From Rotaria sp. (lineage: Eukaryota), in the NCBI GenBank assembly GCA_905330535.1, contig CAJNVN010000274.1, positions 49,502 through 54,725 of the forward strand: a stretch of DNA of 5,224 bases, given 5' to 3'. A model generated the notes under the pieces. It was given only the letters and a program-made list of their open reading frames with translations. It had not been told where the DNA came from and searched no databases. The first letter of the stretch is position 1. Every line of letters begins with the position of its first letter. Shown here piece after piece: positions 1-5,224 of this stretch. Position numbers and translations under genes: made by a program.

Positions 1-298
1 TTCAACAATAAATGTTAATTTTTTATGCTTTACGCTTATAATAGGAACGGAAGCTAACAGTTTTTCATTAAGGATTATGACCATATATGAAATGTCTATG
101 CATTAAAAGACGTAGTTAGAGATTCGACTTTTTCATTTAACTTTTTTTTCAAACAAAAGGGAAGAGTTAAGTTTTTACAATTTTGTTTAATTTCAAAACA
201 CAACTGAAGTTTTTACTTTGGTTCATAAGAAACAGAAAACTGACACCCCTGATTCAAACAAGCACTTGAAGAACTTTTTCACATATACGAGTCACACA

Positions 299-858
299 AT
301 GAACGACATTTTGGAAAGCAGAAAAGAACACGTTTATCGTCCATTTACTAAGAATATCTTGACTTCATTTTATTTGCAGAGTGCAATTCGAGATACGCAA
401 GATGTGATGCATCGAAGATTCAGGCAACTTCTGTTATCACAGACGCTGACCGCTCCACAAAGCAGTAAGTATGAATTTATTTCAACGATATTGTATTAGG
501 ATCAAAACATTTTTTGACTCGTTCTGTAACTTTTTTGCACAAACACCATGCCAAAACATCGAGACTTAATGATGTATAATGAATTTTTCGAACAGAAAAT
601 GAGAAGTAATATTCATTCTATGTCGACTCTCTGATTTATACAATAACAAAATTTGAGTGTTTCGTTCCGATTTTACTATTATACTTCTATTAGTCTGATA
701 CTCACATTATTTGACCAATGTAACAACCGATAGCTAATGCGTACGACCAGTCTCAGTCTGATCTGGTAGATGAAGGAACAATCTGTCACAGATCATCGTC
801 AAACACTAGCACATGTTCTTGTGCTAGAGTCTACTTCGTGGACGACCAATATTACTAA
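299..858 (+). CDS. Tentative two-exon gene model, join(299..464,734..858). Putative 96-aa protein of unknown family: MNDILESRKEHVYRPFTKNILTSFYLQSAIRDTQDVMHRRFRQLLLSQTLTAPQSTNAYDQSQSDLVDEGTICHRSSSNTSTCSCARVYFVDDQYY*
   Basis: ATG at 299 in context cacacaATGAAC. The frame is open to a near-consensus 5' splice site GTAAGTAT at 465..472, leaving phase 1. A candidate acceptor ...accgatag ends at 733. The downstream exon 734..858 is in matching phase, ends in TAA (856..858), and is visibly less AT-rich than its surroundings. Weakness: the polypyrimidine tract before 733 is poor, and no homology is recognised. Confidence 0.27.
380..464 (+). CDS. Alternative reading: internal exon (85 nt) bounded by canonical acceptor and donor, SAIRDTQDVMHRRFRQLLLSQTLTAPQS
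   Basis: cttgacttcattttatttgcag precedes 380 (pyrimidine-rich tract plus CAG). GTAAGTAT follows at 465. The frame is open throughout. Confidence 0.25.
806..827. repeat. Perfect 8-bp inverted repeat, 6-nt loop (CTAGCACA tgttct TGTGCTAG)
   Basis: Exact reverse-complement arms read directly; sits in the less AT-rich island at about 735..858. Confidence 0.9.
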
Positions 859-1174
859 TAGTGTCAATGGAACATTATAAGTTTCCTACGGGAGTGAACC
901 CATTTATATATTTATTTTTCTAATATATGCGTCTTCCTCCAAGCAGATGATATCTATAGCAGGATTAATCATGCAAATTCAGAAACTACTATTGTCATCG
1001 GTTGATAAGAGGAAAAAAAAGCATTTGTTTTTGTATAAAATCAAGTCCTAATATGTATTGTAATTTCTCTAAATCGATAAATTTAGTATATAGATAGATA
1101 CACGAAAACTTATATGGGACGTAGATGCATTTTACTCATGACAATGAAGGAATTCTCTTTTTTTCGGTATGAAC

Positions 1175-1195
1175 CGAATCGAATCGAATTCGAAT
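1175..1195. repeat. Short CGAAT tandem repeat: CGAAT CGAAT CGAAT T CGAAT
   Basis: Direct reading of cgaatcgaatcgaattcgaat. Confidence 0.9.
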
Positions 1196-1435
1196 ATAGA
1201 TTTTGTTATGCATTTCGGTCTTTGGTATCAATGACAGATCAAATTTAGCATTTATGAATCTTGTATTTAATCAATGTCTTTAAAGAGAACTTTCAATTTA
1301 TAGTGTTTGAACTTTATAATTAATCATTTATTCCATCATAAATGATATACCATTAGGATAATTCTTTTTCGTCTGTTGTAGTTATAAATAACATTCCTAG
1401 TCATGTTACGATTCGGTTACCAAAAACTAATATGT

Positions 1436-1451
1436 TATATATATATATATA
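1436..1451. repeat. (TA)8 microsatellite
   Basis: Uninterrupted TATATATATATATATA read directly. Confidence 0.9.
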
Positions 1452-1514
1452 CTGATACTAGTTTTGATCAGTAAAAGATAAAAAGAGACTTCTTTTTTCA
1501 TTGAAAATTTCCAG

Positions 1515-1624
1515 CTTCATCAAAGACAAACAGCATAGGAAACTTGATTAAATGTACTTATGATATTTTACCTACGAAGAAAATAAATGCTATGACACCG
1601 ATAAAATTCAAATTACGAAGTTAG
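1515..1624 (+). CDS. Exon-like segment, possible alternative 3' exon; SSKTNSIGNLIKCTYDILPTKKINAMTPIKFKLRS*
   Basis: Preceded by cttcttttttcattgaaaatttccag (acceptor-like, AG at 1513-1514). Its phase (two leading nt) fits the phase-1 donor at 465. Stop TAG is at 1622..1624. No homology recognised. Confidence 0.12.
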
Positions 1625-1897
1625 GATTCATGTATTTATTTATACATATTGTTTTCGATAGAGAAAACATTTAGAGTTTATATAATTCAGTGATGTATAT
1701 TGACGACTTCTGCTCTTTGGCTTGCCTGTTTAAGTTCGACTTTGATAAAAATATTTGATTAGCCATCAAAAATGAGTACAAACAGACAGGATGTGTTTGA
1801 AATCAATTCATATTAAAGGATGCTTAATACGTTTCTGACGTATGCATATTGAAATATTTAAACGCCTTTTTCATCTTTACCTTGTCTATCCGCCTAG

Positions 1898-2031
1898 GCA
1901 TGCTGAATCTGATGATGTTATTAGTATACCATTACAAGAATGAACCTACGTTATCTTTTGGGTTAGAAAAAGTCCCGTGCTCGAAAGCAATTTACGATTT
2001 TCGGACTGCATTCGTTTGTGATCATAACTAA
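1898..2031 (+). CDS. Exon-like segment inside the tracked 1849..2031 ORF; MLNLMMLLVYHYKNEPTLSFGLEKVPCSKAIYDFRTAFVCDHN*
   Basis: Pyrimidine-rich cctttttcatctttaccttgtctatccgcctag ends at 1897. The segment is phase-compatible with the donor at 465. The tracked ORF start at 1849 is TTG, so exon status is more plausible than a standalone ORF. Confidence 0.12.
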
Positions 2032-2086
2032 AATATTCGTTTCGAAGGTGATTTTCACATACCCAATGCTCTGTAGGCGTCATTTT

Positions 2087-2266
2087 CTACAATAAAGCTC
2101 TGTGCACAATTGAAATCACATATAATTCACCGTGACGTGCTAAATTGGTCAAGTCAAACACATTTTTACAATGATACTTGTTGTCTGATGGACAAGTTTG
2201 CGCTGAGATGCATTGATTACTAGAAATAGAGAAATTTCTGTCGTTGTATGAGGCATACAACACCAT
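2087..2266 (-). CDS. Short hypothetical ORF from ATG at 2266; MVLYASYNDRNFSISSNQCISAQTCPSDNKYHCKNVFDLTNLARHGELYVISIVHRALL
   Basis: The tracked ORF starts at TTG (2278). The first ATG is four codons in, in context tccATGG. The composition is less biased than its neighbours, with three Cys. No family recognised. Confidence 0.12.
   Translation of the reverse strand: MVLYASYNDRNFSISSNQCISAQTCPSDNKYHCKNVFDLTNLARHGELYVISIVHRALL
2243..2261. repeat. Perfect 8-bp inverted repeat, 3-nt loop (GTTGTATG agg CATACAAC)
   Basis: Exact reverse-complement arms; a second 6-bp hairpin AGAAAT agagaa ATTTCT lies immediately upstream at 2222..2239. Confidence 0.9.
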
Positions 2267-3348
2267 GGAGTCTGACAATCGTTAAAATTTTATTACATTC
2301 ATGGCTTTCAGATGAGAAAAACAAAACATATATCATTTAGAATGATGAAACGAATAGTTTAATCAAGTCAAGTCAATGCAATAAAAATGAGCTATGAATC
2401 GAAATCATAGTATTTTGTTCATGAAAATTTTTATTTCTTCATTGTCAACTAATTCGTTTTTATTTTTCACGCTGACAAGGCAGTTAATTTTCCTTCACTC
2501 TCTGTTGGACACTAGCGTAGACATAGCTGTTTATTCATCAAACTCAGACTATACTTACATGAAATCGAATGAAATATTATTATTATTTACAAGCGTAGTC
2601 AAATTTTATATGTCATTTTATAAAAATAATGTCATTTGAACTTGCATCTATTGATAATTGGAATGAAAATGAATTAAAGTAGTTGAACATGGTAAAAAAA
2701 GACGTATTTCATTCATTCCATTTCTGATTTCAATGAAGTTGAATAAATTATTGTCATTTTTTTTGACTTTTTTGTCTTGTATGAAGCCTTATCGTTTTCT
2801 CTTTTTCTCTTCTTATATTGTAGATGTGTATGATAAATTCCAATGTTGGATAGTTGACAGCTCACATAGTTAAAAACTTGAATTGACTTCTTACACTAGT
2901 CTCTAATGGACAGAAATTGCATACACCTTCTACATTCTATACTATTTATATAGATCAAATGACAGAAAAAGTAACTCCATTATAGATTTTAGAGAAAGAT
3001 CGTTCAACTAGCAGATCGATAGCGATATCAACTTAAAATAAAAGATGCATTTTGATTCTTACGAAAGCAAGCATATGTCAATAAATATTTGTGTAAATGT
3101 ATGTCTCTCTTTCATGAGAAGAGTTTGGACACAGTGTCGTGTCTCATTAGAAACATTGAGCATTGAGCTTAAAATCCATTTATGCCGCTTGCTTTTTGAC
3201 TCTGCTTCAGCTTTGACAAAATAGATTGTTTTAGATTTCAATCTCGTAATCATATTAAACTTTAAAAAAAGATTTGATATACTTAGTTAGTTTTTTTTAT
3301 CCTAGCTATATGTTAGATGAAATTGAACAGTAGCTTTAAAAATTATTC

Positions 3349-3836
3349 ATGAAAAATACACCTCTGATGGACCAAAGACAGCTGTATGTTCTGATGTAGC
3401 TTTTGTGCTAATATCAGTTATGTCTTTTTGCTCTGACATTGAATAATGATGATTGATACTGTTAATTACAATATCCTTTGTGATTGTTATCAGAAAAACT
3501 GCAATTTTCTTCAATATTTTTATAGACCGCAGTCAAGCGCTCCTAAGAAGAAAAGACATTTATCGTTTTCTTTTCTCGCAAAACAAATAGAGAAATTTAC
3601 AAAAGTATTCATCAATACACGCCCAGAAGTACGTTGGTGATTTTTATATCAGATCAGTTTTCTTGTTAATTAGTTTTTGATGCTTGACAAAAACTGTAAT
3701 CATAATCAGCAAATCTGATGAATAGTATTCCATTAAAATGGTAGGTCTGATAAAAAGTTTCTGTAATTTTGGTACTATTGTGTAACAAATGAGTTATTAG
3801 TTTAATTTTGATCCATTGCAGTCTCAATCAAATTGA
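3349..3836 (+). CDS. Tentative three-exon micro-gene, join(3349..3383,3526..3628,3822..3836). Putative 50-aa basic peptide: MKNTPLMDQRQLPQSSAPKKKRHLSFSFLAKQIEKFTKVFINTRPESQSN*
   Basis: Donor 1 is GTATGT at 3384 (phase 2) and acceptor 1 is ttttcttcaatatttttatag ending 3525. Donor 2 is GTACGT at 3629 (phase 0) and acceptor 2 is tttaattttgatccattgcag ending 3821. The frame is maintained across both junctions, giving introns of 142 and 193 nt. No homology recognised. Confidence 0.2.
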
Positions 3837-4351
3837 AAATTCTTTTGAGTTTTAAATTTGAGACACATAATTTCAAATCAATATCAAAGGAATAAGTCAT
3901 TTTGTTACACGATGATAACAATCCAGTTAGACAAGGCTTTTAAACAATGAATTTTTTTCTAAACAGGTTTTAATATGTTCGCCAATCACTTGTTTTTTCT
4001 CGTTCTTTTCAAAGCAGTTCAATGCATTTAGACAGAATCTTTAGATCGATTATTTGTGTTTAAACGAACACACCTGATGTGAAAATTATTATTAATAGAC
4101 CGCTCTGATTTCTTCGTAGGATAGCAAGTCAATTTTTTAATAATCATTCACAATGGGATATTCTTAAAAATGTCCGACTAACTTTTTCTTTCTTATATGT
4201 ATGTGCGAGTTGTTGCCGATTTCTATCATCGATTTGTTTACTTCGTTTGCGTATTATTTTTCTTAAAGTTCCAAATGTAATTTGACGTACTTGCGATGCT
4301 ACACAATTATCTTTATTCTTTTTTCGTTTCATGTTTCTCATACTTGTACGA

Positions 4352-4747
4352 TCATATAAATTTTAAAGATACTTTGTTTCCTTTTATTCTTATCGCGTGA
4401 AGAATCTGTTGCTGATTTATTTGACGATCAACTTTTCTTCGAGCTACTGGAATTATTCTATTTGCATCATGACATGAATAAGTATTTGAAGTTGTGCAGA
4501 ATATATGATCAAAAATGAAGGAACAAAACAATATACGATAGAATATATTAAAATTCAGCATTTTTATCAAAAAATGTCGAAAAGTGATACAACAGAAAAT
4601 TAAGTACGCTTTTCTTTTCATCAACTCACAAATCATTAAACCATGACACTGAATAGAATCAATAGGATTATATGAGAGTCTCTTTTTCCTTAGTCTATTA
4701 ATGTTAAGGTAGACGAATACATAGATTATGCACCAAAGCTGAAACAA
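4352..4747 (-). other. Longest ORF in the window (131 codons, TTG start); probably non-coding open frame
   Basis: Supplied ORF track. The start is TTG, with the first ATG at codon 38. The peptide is dominated by F/I/L/Y/C/K/N as expected from translated AT-rich DNA. Confidence 0.4.
4360..4518 (+). CDS. Untracked open frame without an initial ATG, possible terminal exon; C-terminal part REESVADLFDDQLFFELLELFYLHHDMNKYLKLCRIYDQK*
   Basis: The open frame runs from after TAA (4357..4359) to TGA (4516..4518). The acidic/leucine-rich peptide reads more protein-like than the longer antisense ORF. The only nearby acceptor-like site is a weak tttgtttccttttattcttatcgcgtgaag. Confidence 0.12.
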   Translation: MLKILCFLLFLSREESVADLFDDQLFFELLELFYLHHDMNKYLKLCRIYDQK

Positions 4748-4990
4748 TCATATTTTCAACGAGTCGTGCGAAAATTTTTACCACATGTTCAAGATATAAT
4801 TTTCCTATCAGAGAATCAAATGTAACTACAAATTTTATAATGGATATACTGAAATTAAAAAGGAACACATTTTTGTGAGTTTTTTTTGTTCAATCTCAAG
4901 TGACTGTGTACTTTAAAGTGTCATGAGTTCTTCTCTCTTTAGTTATCAAAACACGTGAAAGGCATTCTAAAATAGGGGTGTGAATTTATT

Positions 4991-5129
4991 GTTATTGTTA
5001 TTAATAACAATAACAAAAAAAGTTATTGTTATCAATAACAAATAACAAAAAAAGTTATTGTTATTAATAACAATAACAAAAAAAGTTATTTGTTATTAAT
5101 AACAAAAAAATAACAAATAACTTTTTTTT
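4991..5129. repeat. Short tandem array of palindromic 31-32 bp units, GTTATTGTTATT/AATAACAATAAC plus A7
   Basis: Unit 1 is 4991..5021, a 24-nt perfect palindrome plus A7. Unit 2 is 5022..5053, GTTATTGTTATCAATAACAAATAAC plus A7. Unit 3 is 5054..5084, identical to unit 1. Unit 4 starts at 5085 as GTTATTTGTTATTAATAAC plus A7 and continues into inverted TAACAAATAAC plus T8. Confidence 0.97.
5078..5128. repeat. Perfect 18-bp inverted repeat with 15-nt spacer
   Basis: AAAAAAAGTTATTTGTTA (5078..5095) is the exact reverse complement of TAACAAATAACTTTTTTT (5111..5128). The spacer is TTAATAACAAAAAAA. Confidence 0.97.
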
Positions 5130-5224
5130 CCGAAAAATCTTAGTTATGCTTTGTTACTATGTAACAGTATACCAGTTCTGTTTGCTCATTATTGTCCGAT
5201 TGCTCGATGATGTTACTGACCGCA

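Noticed and set aside
218-499. 93-codon ORF as a complete standalone gene
   Set aside because: The tracked start is TTG, and the frame crosses a near-consensus GTAAGTAT donor at 465. The portion after 464 looks like intron read-through.
2394-2639. 81-codon ORF MNRNHSILFMKIFISSLSTNSFLFF... as a membrane protein
   Set aside because: It has an ATG start but low-complexity F/L/I/S/N composition typical of translated AT-rich DNA. There is no supporting signal or recognised family.
3147-3170. Direct repeat cattgagcattgagc
   Set aside because: Only two 7-nt copies, with no further structure.
3059-3253. 64-codon minus-strand ORF
   Set aside because: It is short, lacks recognisable domains, and is within the length expected from random open frames at this composition.
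3730-3741. Small palindrome CCATT aa AATGG
   Set aside because: Too short to distinguish from chance.
3821-3864. 7-bp inverted repeat GTCTCAA/TTGAGAC with 30-nt spacing
   Set aside because: Short arms with long spacing are readily expected by chance in AT-rich sequence.
4144-4341. 65-codon basic minus-strand ORF, with a possible GTACGT donor at 4290..4285
   Set aside because: The Lys/Arg/Asn-rich composition follows from the A-rich strand. No convincing downstream acceptor or exon was found on the minus strand.
5085-5129. Inverted repeat followed by T8 resembles a rho-independent terminator
   Set aside because: The stem is almost entirely A/T, there is no convincing bacterial gene upstream, and it is explained by the repeat array turning around on itself.
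4991-5129. CRISPR-like array of 24-25 nt repeats
   Set aside because: The spacers are invariant A7 tracts rather than unique 25-40 nt spacers, and no cas-like ORF is present.
1-5224. Multiple AATAAA and TATA-like strings
   Set aside because: These motifs are expected at high frequency in such AT-rich DNA and cannot be assigned as polyadenylation signals or promoters without transcript data.

Overview
This is an AT-rich window (roughly two-thirds or more A+T by eye). It has no long intact ORF, operon structure, tRNA/rRNA signature or recognisable conserved protein family. Several tracked ORFs begin with TTG, and the longest (131 codons, minus) is Cys/Phe/Ile/Leu-rich and looks like translated AT-rich DNA. 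The overall look is of eukaryotic, or intron-bearing eukaryote-like viral or integrated viral, mostly non-coding DNA rather than a bacterial chromosome. The best coding leads are two small, phase-consistent spliced models on the + strand. Model A joins 299..464 and 734..858 and encodes 96 aa. Model B joins 3349..3383, 3526..3628 and 3822..3836 and encodes 50 aa. Both come from eye-read GT..AG signals and are unverified. The strongest unambiguous structure is a palindromic minisatellite at 4991..5129. It has 31-32 bp units made of a 24/25-nt (near-)palindrome plus an A7 spacer, and it ends in an 18-bp perfect inverted repeat (5078..5128). Smaller perfect hairpins occur at 806..827 and 2243..2261. 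I see no convincing evidence of a defence system, CRISPR array, retron, or mobile element with recognised enzymes. No gene symbols are assigned.
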